Positions 1 through 6,410 of a DNA stretch of 30,199 nt are shown piece by piece. The position numbers and the translations under genes are program-made. This DNA is from a virus. The notes under the pieces were generated by a model. It was not told where the DNA came from. It saw nothing but the letters and a program-made list of their open reading frames with translations, and did no database searches. The first letter of the stretch is position 1. Each line of letters starts with the position of its first letter. Location: IMG/VR virus record IMGVR_UViG_3300027859_000002; one strand, given 5' to 3'.

Positions 1-127
1 TAAGAAACAAAAGCGACAGTTACGCTAAAGCAAACGACAACTTTAGTATTCTTGCAGACGCAATAGACAGCATTGAATCTGTTACAGGCAAAAAAACTGA
101 TTTTGACTCAATCACAACTGGAAAACA
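1..127. repeat. Terminal overlap, copy 1. Identical to 30073-30199, marking closure of a circular or circularly permuted 30,072-bp genome.
   Basis: Read directly: the window begins taagaaacaaaagcgacagttacgc..., and the same 127 nt end the window at an offset of 30,072. The repeat lies inside an ORF that reads through the junction in frame. Confidence 0.95.
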
Positions 128-530
128 GTTAGGTACATTATTAAGAAGATTGACTGGAAACGCTGTTTCTCGCTCTAAACTATTAGATGCAATCAACAAG
201 GTTCAAACGGTTGGGGGCGTAAAAGATCAAGATTTATTTACTCTTACAATTTTTGCAGAGAGTTTAGACGATGTTCTTGACAGACCAAGTGCAATGACTT
301 CTTTCAGAGGAGATTTACAAAGAGGCGTGGAATCAGGAGTTGAGAATACTTTGTTAGGGCAGCCGACAATGATGCAAACAGGCATTAATCTAGCAAAAGG
401 CGCAACAAATAGAGTGAGAGGCATCAATCAAGAAAATGCTCTCCAATCAATCAGAAACTTACTTGAACGAGATTTGCGAGAAAACAGACGCAGACAATCA
501 AAGTCTAAAGAGATAGTTCCTAGAGACTAA
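1..530 (+). CDS. 3' part of the junction-spanning 606-aa late protein (1-127 duplicates 30073-30199).
   Basis: The frame with codons starting at 3, 6, ... is open from position 3 to TAA 528-530. The ORF-track entry 150..530 is only the part after an internal TTG. The upstream codons (RNKSDSYAKANDNFSILADAIDSIESVTGKKTDFDSITTGKQ...) match the end of the window. Confidence 0.7.
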   Translation, partial: RNKSDSYAKANDNFSILADAIDSIESVTGKKTDFDSITTGKQLGTLLRRLTGNAVSRSKLLDAINKVQTVGGVKDQDLFTLTIFAESLDDVLDRPSAMTSFRGDLQRGVESGVENTLLGQPTMMQTGINLAKGATNRVRGINQENALQSIRNLLERDLRENRRRQSKSKEIVPRD

Positions 531-859
531 ACATCCTCTGGCGTTGGTTCTCCCCAATTATTCGCAACCTTATAAACGCTCGTTTGTTTCTTGATCTTAA
601 AGAACCCCTCATGCTCCGGGTATGTTTCTATGAACGCTCTGGCGTAAAAGGGAACATGATTGTTTGAGATTTTAAAATCAGTGGTGTTGTCATTGGTAAT
701 AATTTTGCTCCACCTGATTACCTCAAAGATTGCTTTAGCCGAATACTTTGGTTCTTTAGCAATCATCTGAAAGGTGTGTTTAACAAACTCTTCCCAGATG
801 TGAGGGTTGTTTTTGTGAAAAGCCTCAAACTGTTCCTGCATCTCTTCAAGTCTATTCAT
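527..859 (-). CDS. Hypothetical early protein (110 aa), the last gene of the leftward operon.
   Basis: The ORF track gives 527..874. I prefer the ATG at 859 (MNRLEEMQ...) because GGAGG lies 4 nt upstream of it (reverse complement of 864-868). Motifs NPHIWEEF, IRW and NNHVPFYAR look like a conserved phage family, but I cannot name a function. Its stop (reverse complement of 527-529) overlaps the TAA (528-530) of the converging late gene. Confidence 0.6.
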   Translation of the reverse strand: MNRLEEMQEQFEAFHKNNPHIWEEFVKHTFQMIAKEPKYSAKAIFEVIRWSKIITNDNTTDFKISNNHVPFYARAFIETYPEHEGFFKIKKQTSVYKVANNWGEPTPEDV

Positions 860-860
860 G

Positions 861-980
861 CTACCTCCATTCATTTTTTAAATTTTTGTCTATAAAATTT
901 TCTTTTTTCTCAGGCAATTTTCGTGCAATGTCTAAAGCAGCAAAAGATAAAAATAAAATCAGAATAAATATTTTTTTCAT
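861..980 (-). CDS. Small signal-peptide or membrane protein (39 aa).
   Basis: Hand-translated because it is below the ORF-track cutoff: MKKIFILILFLSFAALDIARKLPEKKENFIDKNLKNEWR. The ATG shares its A with the upstream TGA (TGATG), and GGAG lies 8 nt upstream. It has a KK N-terminus followed by a 13-residue hydrophobic core. Confidence 0.45.
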   Translation of the reverse strand: MKKIFILILFLSFAALDIARKLPEKKENFIDKNLKNEWR

Positions 981-1660
981 CAAATTAACTCCATTTGTTC
1001 TGATTCATCTTTTTCCCAATGAATCGGGCAATTAAAAGAATCTATTTTCCGAGCCATTTTTTCAGGATCACAATTGAGAGTTTTAAAATTTCTAGCCACA
1101 TTGGTTGAATCAGCTGATGAGAAGGGCCATCGTTCCCCTCCGACAGACAACCCTCTTAACATATGAATCCACGGCATTTGCTTATTTTTAGAAAGGAGGT
1201 AATTAAACGCATCATCAATTCTCCGATTCCATTTCTCGCTACCAATCTGCCAAAACTCTCCAGAACTCCCGAAACAAACTTTAGAATAATTATCAATTAA
1301 GAAAGACAAGTAATCGAAAGATAAATTAATATGCCAGACAGGAGATCCCAAATCTTTTCGAAAAGGCCAATCTTCTAAAGTATTTTTGTTTTCTTTCTCG
1401 CTGCCCCCGATGATGTCAGGTATGACCGCCCAATGGGGATGGCCTAATAATGGATCAAGCCATTCATAATATTTTTTTTTATCAAACCTTTTGCCTAACG
1501 TAAATGAAGAAAAAGCACCGTTGTCTAGCATGACACTTTGCCCAATCGCTAAACATATTTTGATCTGATCCGGTCTTGCAAAGCTCACGCAAAAATGCTT
1601 GCCTCCCATCTTATAAAGTTGAGCGTTTGGTGTGAGTGGAGTACCGTGATAATGAATCAT
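980..1660 (-). CDS. Minimal TGT-fold protein: candidate DpdA-like (queuine/archaeosine tRNA-ribosyltransferase superfamily) base-exchange enzyme.
   Basis: This 226-aa ORF carries motifs in the same order as bacterial Tgt, as I recall it. HGTP matches FMPVGT. MLDNGAFSSF matches LTDSGGFQVFS. PDIIGGS matches GIIQGS. HMLRGLS matches YLMGVG. SADSTNVARN matches MFDCVMPTRNARN. The CxCxxC...H zinc site is absent. The start overlaps the upstream stop (ATGA). Confidence 0.5.
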   Translation of the reverse strand: MIHYHGTPLTPNAQLYKMGGKHFCVSFARPDQIKICLAIGQSVMLDNGAFSSFTLGKRFDKKKYYEWLDPLLGHPHWAVIPDIIGGSEKENKNTLEDWPFRKDLGSPVWHINLSFDYLSFLIDNYSKVCFGSSGEFWQIGSEKWNRRIDDAFNYLLSKNKQMPWIHMLRGLSVGGERWPFSSADSTNVARNFKTLNCDPEKMARKIDSFNCPIHWEKDESEQMELI

Positions 1661-1962
1661 TTGTTGTCGCTGTTGAATTCAGATATAACTTTGACTCCTT
1701 CATGTTCTCCAACCAAAATGACACGCAGAAAATCTAATTTAGGTTCTTTTTTTAAAATATCAAAATAAACAAATCTGCATAGATCCTCTTGGTAAATGGA
1801 TCCCTCATAATATTTAAAGATATTTTTTAAAACTCCAACTTTAAACCATAAACTCGATTCAATCGTTGCTGCATAAGAATTTTTTACTACGTTCTCTTGA
1901 TGCTCTAGTTCAGGACAACTAAATCCATCAACTTCTAAATGATAAATAAATGTTTCTATCAT
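1657..1962 (-). CDS. Hypothetical early protein (101 aa), translationally coupled to the TGT-like gene.
   Basis: ORF track. AGGAGG lies 8 nt upstream of the ATG, and the stop overlaps the downstream ATG (ATGA). The gene is very AT-rich and I recognised no motifs. Confidence 0.6.
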   Translation of the reverse strand: MIETFIYHLEVDGFSCPELEHQENVVKNSYAATIESSLWFKVGVLKNIFKYYEGSIYQEDLCRFVYFDILKKEPKLDFLRVILVGEHEGVKVISEFNSDNK

Positions 1963-1974
1963 TAATGCTACCTC

Positions 1975-2331
1975 CTAGAATGGTATATCATCATCAACAA
2001 GTGGTTGGTCTTTTGGGGACAAGAATTGAAAGTTGAACGCCCGAATTGAAGTTGAGTATCTCTTCTCTCCTTCCTTCTCCCATTCCCTATACTGAATCTT
2101 GCCCTCGACATATATCTTTGAACCTTTCTTGAGCGTGTCGGCTGCCTCGGCTATTGCCCCTCTGAACTCTACTTTGTGCCATTCTGTTTGTTCTTTTCTT
2201 TCACCTTCAGGCGTTTTCCACTTGTCTGAAGTAGCAAGGCTAATGGTCATGGTCTTTGTGCCATCCTCCCAATATTTAATATCTGGATCTCTGCCAAGAT
2301 TCCCCACTAAAATCACTTTATTCACTGACAT
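1975..2331 (-). CDS. ssb: Single-stranded DNA-binding protein.
   Basis: It has an OB-fold N-terminus (MSVNKVILVGNLGRDPDIKY..., TEWHKVEFRG) and the canonical acidic C-terminal tail ...DDDIPF. Confidence 0.9.
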   Translation of the reverse strand: MSVNKVILVGNLGRDPDIKYWEDGTKTMTISLATSDKWKTPEGERKEQTEWHKVEFRGAIAEAADTLKKGSKIYVEGKIQYREWEKEGEKRYSTSIRAFNFQFLSPKDQPLVDDDIPF

Positions 2332-3148
2332 CAGTTTTCTCCGTTATGTTGATTTTCTTATAACTCGATGACTTGGAAAAATACGGTTCGAGTTGCTTAA
2401 AAAGATTGGGATCTTCCTCTTCCAACTTTTGAAGATTGAGAGAGCCTTTCCTTTCAACCGTAGACACCGCAACCCCAAAGCCAAAGCACTCGCCTTGGTC
2501 TTTAAGAGTTTTACTGATTGCCGATAACTCGTCTTTGATTTGCTTCTCTATCCTCTTCAGGCTCTTGTACTCAGTTGCAATCTTCTCAAAAGCCTCGTCA
2601 GTCCTTTCAGATTCAAAATTGTTCCATGCTTCTATGAGTTGGGTGAAATGATCCTCAGTAATATGACATTCTTGGAGTCTGCTTCTATCCTCGTCATAAG
2701 TGTAAAGAAACGTCCTTTTGGCCCCGGAACAGAGTTTTTGGTGAACTAATTGCCAAAATGTAGGGTGCTTTTCGTCCAAATCGTCCCAGTACGCACTAGA
2801 GGAGCTTGAGGGACATTTTATCTCTACGATGACCTCTACCCCTCCCAACTCTCCAAAAGCGTCCAGAGAGGCTCCAAATAAGCCCATTTCATAGCAACGT
2901 GGCTCAAGACTTATGCCAAGCTCCTCCCCTACGGCTGCCCTAGCTATAGGCTCCATATTCGACCCTCTGACCATCGCCTCGTTAACAAAAGTTGATGTTT
3001 GCTCTGACTTCTGCTTTCTGAGGGCGTTTTGGGATTGATATGGATTGACGTTCATAACAGTGGGAGTTTCTGAGGCGGTTCGGAGTGACCCTCGCCACTC
3101 CAACCACTCCGGGGAACCTTGCTCTAAAAAGACTCGTTTATTCTTCAT
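2318..3148 (-). CDS. YqaJ/lambda-Exo-like recombination exonuclease (PD-(D/E)xK).
   Basis: QGSPEWLEWRGSLRTASETPTVM is a typical YqaJ N-terminus, and LDAF...VEIKCP fits the D...ExK nuclease motif. The ORF-track start at 3178 is a TTG. I prefer the ATG at 3148 (MKNKRVFLEQGS...). Confidence 0.8.
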   Translation of the reverse strand: MKNKRVFLEQGSPEWLEWRGSLRTASETPTVMNVNPYQSQNALRKQKSEQTSTFVNEAMVRGSNMEPIARAAVGEELGISLEPRCYEMGLFGASLDAFGELGGVEVIVEIKCPSSSSSAYWDDLDEKHPTFWQLVHQKLCSGAKRTFLYTYDEDRSRLQECHITEDHFTQLIEAWNNFESERTDEAFEKIATEYKSLKRIEKQIKDELSAISKTLKDQGECFGFGVAVSTVERKGSLNLQKLEEEDPNLFKQLEPYFSKSSSYKKINITEKTDVSE

Positions 3149-3761
3149 TGGTGACAGCCTTTTTAGTTGCTTGATCAAGGTGTCTTTTTAGCTTTTCCTC
3201 AATCTGTGCGTCAGTCATCTTCTCGTTGCGCCAGTTCTCAATCGTTTTGGGAAACACTATCTTGGCTTCAAGAGCTTTAGCTATAATCCCACTCTCTTTA
3301 ACTTCTTGCTTTGGCATTGTGCCAATCTTCTTGATTTGTTGTTTTGTGCTTTTCTTATGAGTCTCTTCTGCAGCAGTCCCATCATCGTCTTCATCCGACC
3401 CGATTCCGCAAGCTGTAGCAAGTGAGTATCGTTTTGCGTATGTCAGGGCAGATCCATAACCTTGAGGCGAGTTCTTATCCAGTGGCACAGTCGTAAGCCC
3501 AAAGCTCATCTGACCATCTGGGCCGTGAAAGATTGTCTCAACACAAACAGCGTTCTCACGCTCGTGTACTTTCTGCTGATAGAAAATGCCATTCTTGTTG
3601 AGAGGCTCCTTAACTGCATCGATGATAGCCTCAAGCGTGGCGTACTTAGAATTGAAGTGAGGGTTTTTCTTGTCTTTACTTGCGTGACTGATCTCTGACT
3701 GAGCCTTTACAAGTGCAGTCATAAAGGCTTGTGTTTCTAAGTTTTTGTTTATCTCTAACAT
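3138..3761 (-). CDS. erf: ERF-family single-strand annealing protein.
   Basis: Motifs KNPHFNSKYATLEAI and GYGSALTYAKRYSL are characteristic of the ERF superfamily. It sits directly upstream of the exonuclease and SSB genes. Confidence 0.8.
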   Translation of the reverse strand: MLEINKNLETQAFMTALVKAQSEISHASKDKKNPHFNSKYATLEAIIDAVKEPLNKNGIFYQQKVHERENAVCVETIFHGPDGQMSFGLTTVPLDKNSPQGYGSALTYAKRYSLATACGIGSDEDDDGTAAEETHKKSTKQQIKKIGTMPKQEVKESGIIAKALEAKIVFPKTIENWRNEKMTDAQIEEKLKRHLDQATKKAVTNEE

Positions 3762-3938
3762 TTATTTCCCCTTGTTTAAACATTTAGGTTTAAGGTTTTT
3801 ATAGTCCGGGTGTATGCCCGAACAGACGTCTTTAAAATACTGTTGTTCCTGAATTAGCTCGTCTTGATAGTCTTGATTCCCGATCAATCCAAGTGCCAAC
3901 AGAATCGCTGCAAGGATGCTAAGGTTCTTGAGGCTCAT
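3762..3938 (-). CDS. Small membrane or secreted protein (58 aa).
   Basis: Hand-translated: MSLKNLSILAAILLALGLIGNQDYQDELIQEQQYFKDVCSGIHPDYKNLKPKCLNKGK. There is an ATGA overlap with the upstream gene, and its TAA directly abuts the erf ATG. It has an N-terminal hydrophobic helix and two Cys residues. Confidence 0.5.
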   Translation of the reverse strand: MSLKNLSILAAILLALGLIGNQDYQDELIQEQQYFKDVCSGIHPDYKNLKPKCLNKGK

Positions 3939-4216
3939 AGAAGATTCTCCCTAACGATGCGTATTTCTTCAGTCGCATCAAAGCCAACGCTTAAATCATG
4001 CGAATAAGCCCGATCTTTGATGTCATCTTTCCAATCCTGATAACCTTTAAGAACAGCCTCAAAAAGCTCAAGAGGATTGTCTGATTCTGTACGCTCGCCT
4101 ATTGACTGTTCTACTGTCCAAACTACGCCAGTCTGATGTTTTAGGAATTCTCCCCACAGACCATACTCGTCTCGGTTGATCCGTTCACTCTCTTTAATTA
4201 ATTGATCGTTTGTCAT
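3935..4216 (-). CDS. Acidic hypothetical protein (93 aa), the first gene of the leftward operon.
   Basis: The ORF track gives 3935..4258. I prefer the ATG at 4216 (MTNDQLIKE...), which is preceded by AAGGGAGAAAACAA. Hand count: 21 D/E against 11 K/R. Confidence 0.6.
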   Translation of the reverse strand: MTNDQLIKESERINRDEYGLWGEFLKHQTGVVWTVEQSIGERTESDNPLELFEAVLKGYQDWKDDIKDRAYSHDLSVGFDATEEIRIVRENLL

Positions 4217-4240
4217 TTGTTTTCTCCCTTTACACAAAGA

Positions 4241-4268
4241 ACTATAATTCATTGACAAATTATTTCAA
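4241..4268 (-). promoter_or_regulatory. Candidate leftward early promoter: TTGAAA-N16-TATAGT.
   Basis: On the minus strand, the -35 TTGAAA is the reverse complement of 4263-4268 and the -10 TATAGT is the reverse complement of 4241-4246, with a 16-nt spacer. This places it about 25 nt upstream of the ATG at 4216. Confidence 0.4.
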
Positions 4269-4276
4269 CAAAGAAT

Positions 4277-4304
4277 TTGAATTCATGCAAAAAAAGATTA
4301 TAGT
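4277..4304 (+). promoter_or_regulatory. Candidate rightward early promoter: TTGAAT-N16-TATAGT.
   Basis: The -35 is at 4277-4282 and the -10 at 4299-4304, with a 16-nt spacer. The -10 ends 6 nt before the ATG at 4311, and there is no Shine-Dalgarno sequence between them. Confidence 0.4.
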
Positions 4305-4310
4305 GTCCGA

Positions 4311-4511
4311 ATGTTGAAAGAAAGAACAATAGAACTTTTGAGAGAAACTAGCATACCAATTTCGCAGATTGCTAAAGATTGTGAACTGCAAGAACGGTGG
4401 CTGTTTTTTTTTAGACAAGGTCAATACGATGATCCGGGTGTAAGAAAGGTAGAAAAGATTTACACCTACCTGACTCGTAAGCCTTTGAAGTTAGTACCAA
4501 AAAGGAAATAG
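4311..4511 (+). CDS. Small HTH transcriptional regulator (Cro-like, 66 aa).
   Basis: It has a helix-turn-helix-like segment, SIPISQIAKDCELQERWLFFFRQG. It is the first gene of the rightward operon at the divergent promoter region. Confidence 0.6.
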   Translation: MLKERTIELLRETSIPISQIAKDCELQERWLFFFRQGQYDDPGVRKVEKIYTYLTRKPLKLVPKRK

Positions 4512-4684
4512 TGACCCAACGTGACGGAATAAGAAAACCGTTATCCCAGCGCACCATCTGGACAAAAGGGAAACTAAGAAATGGATAAATCTGTAGTTTA
4601 GAGACTCGTTATTCGATATTGCTATTTCCTCCGTCAAGATTTTAAAAAATCGCTCGTCGGTTAAATGGTTTATGGGAGAAAGAT

Positions 4685-5101
4685 ATGGAATACACTAAAA
4701 ACTTTGAACACTTCTGGAGCCTGTACCCTAAGCAGACCGGGAAGGGAGCCGCCTTTGCAAGCTGGAAAAAGTATACGAAAGCAGAGCATGAGCTAATACT
4801 AGATCACCTTCCTCAACGTCTTAAAACTGATTCAGATTGGCTAGAGGGTAAGTTTATTAAGAACCCTGCTACTTGGTTAAATCAAAGGTGTTGGGAAGAC
4901 AATTACAAGAGAGCATCTCAGTTCGCAAGGATCTCAGGAATCAAAGAGGAGACTTGGTGCGACAAGTGCGACAGCTATAACTTCACTCGAAGGCATGAGG
5001 ACATCTGCGAAAACGGAGAAGAGTTTTATCACTTGAGACTTAAAAACAAAAAATGGGTTTTCTCTAACTACAAGGCGACTGAACTTGAAACGGTCGCTTG
5101 A
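4685..5101 (+). CDS. Conserved phage early protein (138 aa), possibly replication-associated.
   Basis: GGGAGA lies upstream of the ATG. The N-terminal motif FEHFWSLYPKQTGKGAAFASWKK...NPATWLNQRCWED recurs in phage early or replication-region proteins, as far as I recall. The C-terminus has a Cys/His cluster (CDKCD...H..IC). Confidence 0.55.
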   Translation: MEYTKNFEHFWSLYPKQTGKGAAFASWKKYTKAEHELILDHLPQRLKTDSDWLEGKFIKNPATWLNQRCWEDNYKRASQFARISGIKEETWCDKCDSYNFTRRHEDICENGEEFYHLRLKNKKWVFSNYKATELETVA

Positions 5102-5426
5102 ACAGAATGACTGCCTTCACAAATGGACAAGGGTTATTGCTGACCACCTTCAAGACTCAGGCGTGGCGGTGAGTCACGATACAGTAAAAGAGTTAATTCT
5201 TTTAGAGTTGGGGAATACAAAGAGAGTCAAAGTGCCTGGACTCAAAGAAAGGGTCATTCCCATGCGAAGTCATCAATACAAACAGATGGACTTTGATTTG
5301 AGTGAGTACGATAGAAAAAATAATTTCATCTCGATGAACGCTTTACTCTCAAAGGTAGAGGCATGGGCTGCGACAGACTTGAATCTCCAACTGGAAGGAG
5401 TAAAATCTAAAGAGGGAGTAAGCTAA
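5085..5426 (+). CDS. ninB: NinB (lambda Orf family)-like recombination mediator, N-terminally short.
   Basis: KRSLEQNDCLHKWTRVIADHL parallels lambda NinB RSLDQNRKLWACLGDVS. The only available start is the TTG at 5085, preceded by AAGG 9 nt upstream. Confidence 0.5.
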   Translation: MKRSLEQNDCLHKWTRVIADHLQDSGVAVSHDTVKELILLELGNTKRVKVPGLKERVIPMRSHQYKQMDFDLSEYDRKNNFISMNALLSKVEAWAATDLNLQLEGVKSKEGVS

Positions 5427-5623
5427 TGTTTTTTAAAAAGAAATGCGCAAATCAAGCGTGTGACAATAAACACAAGATGACCCTCGACCCCGATGAACAT
5501 TGGTGCAATGGATGCTATAACAAACGAGTCAATAAGCAGGAACGCCACCTCCGAGGACTAAGGAGAGAACAGGAACTTGTCGCTAAATATTGGAAGGCTC
5601 CAACGTGGGTTCCAGAGACATGA
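5426..5623 (+). CDS. Zinc-ribbon protein (65 aa), equivalent to the N-terminal domain of lambda NinG.
   Basis: It has CANQAC...(14)...CNGC followed by a basic linker. Compare lambda NinG RRCKNDEC...WWCSPEC followed by a K/R/E-rich linker. Confidence 0.55.
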   Translation: MFFKKKCANQACDNKHKMTLDPDEHWCNGCYNKRVNKQERHLRGLRREQELVAKYWKAPTWVPET

Positions 5624-6033
5624 GGGGCAGGAAGGGACCACAGAATTTAGAAAAGAAAACGGTTCCCCAACTCCAAAACACCTTATGGCCTATTTTCGCT
5701 AACTACATCAAAGCAGTTTATGGTTCAGAGTGCTTTACTTGTGGAAAACGATGCGAGGGTAGGGACAGACAAGCCGGACACTTCATTCCCCGGACGTACT
5801 CTCCAGTTAAATACGATGAGGACAATGTCAGAACTCAATGTAGTGCGTGTAATGAGTACCACCATGGAAAGCCTGTCGAATTCGAGAGAAAGCTAAGACT
5901 TCAAATAGGAGACGAGGCAGTCGAACATCTCAAACAAGAATCCACTAAGTCGTGGAAGTGGGAAAGACAGTGGTTGATCGATAAGATTCTTTACTATCGA
6001 CAAGCCTTAAAGGAAAGGGAGGAAGCTGCATGA
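5620..6033 (+). CDS. ninG: NinG/Rap-like structure-specific endonuclease, C-terminal catalytic domain.
   Basis: CFTCG...QAGHFIPR...VKYDEDNVRTQCSACNEYHHGKP parallels lambda NinG CISCG...DAGHY...[21 protein letters not shown]. I chose the ATG at 5620 because it overlaps the upstream stop (ATGA). The ORF-track start at 5590 is a TTG. Confidence 0.65.
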   Translation: MRGRKGPQNLEKKTVPQLQNTLWPIFANYIKAVYGSECFTCGKRCEGRDRQAGHFIPRTYSPVKYDEDNVRTQCSACNEYHHGKPVEFERKLRLQIGDEAVEHLKQESTKSWKWERQWLIDKILYYRQALKEREEAA

Positions 6034-6410
6034 GTCTACTTACTTCACTGATTGCGCCAGTTGCTAACATTGCTACTGGGATTATAAAAAACAGAGGCGA
6101 GATTTCCAAAGCGAAACACGAAGCTAAAATGTCGCAGATTCAGAATGACGCAGATTGGGAATCTAAGATGGCCGATGCTTCTGCTAATTCGTGGAAAGAC
6201 GAGTGGTTTACAATTTTGCTTTCCATACCCTTACTAGCGGTCGGTGCTGGCGTTGTGATGGACGATCCCCTTATCATTGACCGAGTAAAGTCAGGCTTTC
6301 AAGCTCTCGAAGAGTTGCCAGATTGGTACAGCTATCTTTTATTCCTAGCAGTCTCCGCATCTTTTGGAGTGAAAGGCGTTGATAAACTTATGAACTTGAG
6401 AAAGAAATGA
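6030..6410 (+). CDS. Holin, resembling the GTA-type 3-TM holin family.
   Basis: It has an amphipathic N-terminus, the motif SWKDEW immediately before the TM segment FTILLSIPLLAVGAGVVM, and a second TM segment WYSYLLFLAVSASFGV. It is two genes upstream of the endolysin and has ATGA overlaps on both sides. Confidence 0.55.
   Translation: MSLLTSLIAPVANIATGIIKNRGEISKAKHEAKMSQIQNDADWESKMADASANSWKDEWFTILLSIPLLAVGAGVVMDDPLIIDRVKSGFQALEELPDWYSYLLFLAVSASFGVKGVDKLMNLRKK

Noticed and set aside
1-127. The 127-bp direct repeat at both window ends, read as a true T7-like direct terminal repeat.
   Set aside because: It lies in the middle of an ORF that is restored in frame on circularisation. Its length equals a standard assembler k-mer. 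The terminase and head module are of the headful-packaging type. Closure of a circular contig is the simpler explanation.
858-1975. An exact 11-nt repeat, ATGCTACCTCC, at 858-868 and 1965-1975.
   Set aside because: On the coding (minus) strand both copies read GGAGGTAGCAT at gene starts, so each is a Shine-Dalgarno sequence plus its start context. This is probably shared translation-initiation context rather than a regulatory or recombination site.
2099-2749. Plus-strand ORFs (90, 71 and 69 aa) overlapping the SSB and exonuclease genes.
   Set aside because: They are antisense to two confidently recognised genes. Their products are Ser/Leu/Phe-rich with no motifs or start context.
5037-5101. 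Possible +1 frameshift fusing the 138-aa early protein to the NinB-like ORF, to supply the missing NinB N-terminus.
   Set aside because: The C-terminus of the upstream protein is a Cys/His cluster that does not resemble the NinB N-terminal strands. A TTG start with AAGG 9 nt upstream is available.
5587-5623. Programmed -1 frameshift joining the two NinG-like ORFs.
   Set aside because: There is no X_XXY_YYZ slippery heptamer in the 37-nt window where both frames are open. An ATGA stop-start overlap provides an ordinary coupling mechanism. An assembly indel cannot be excluded.
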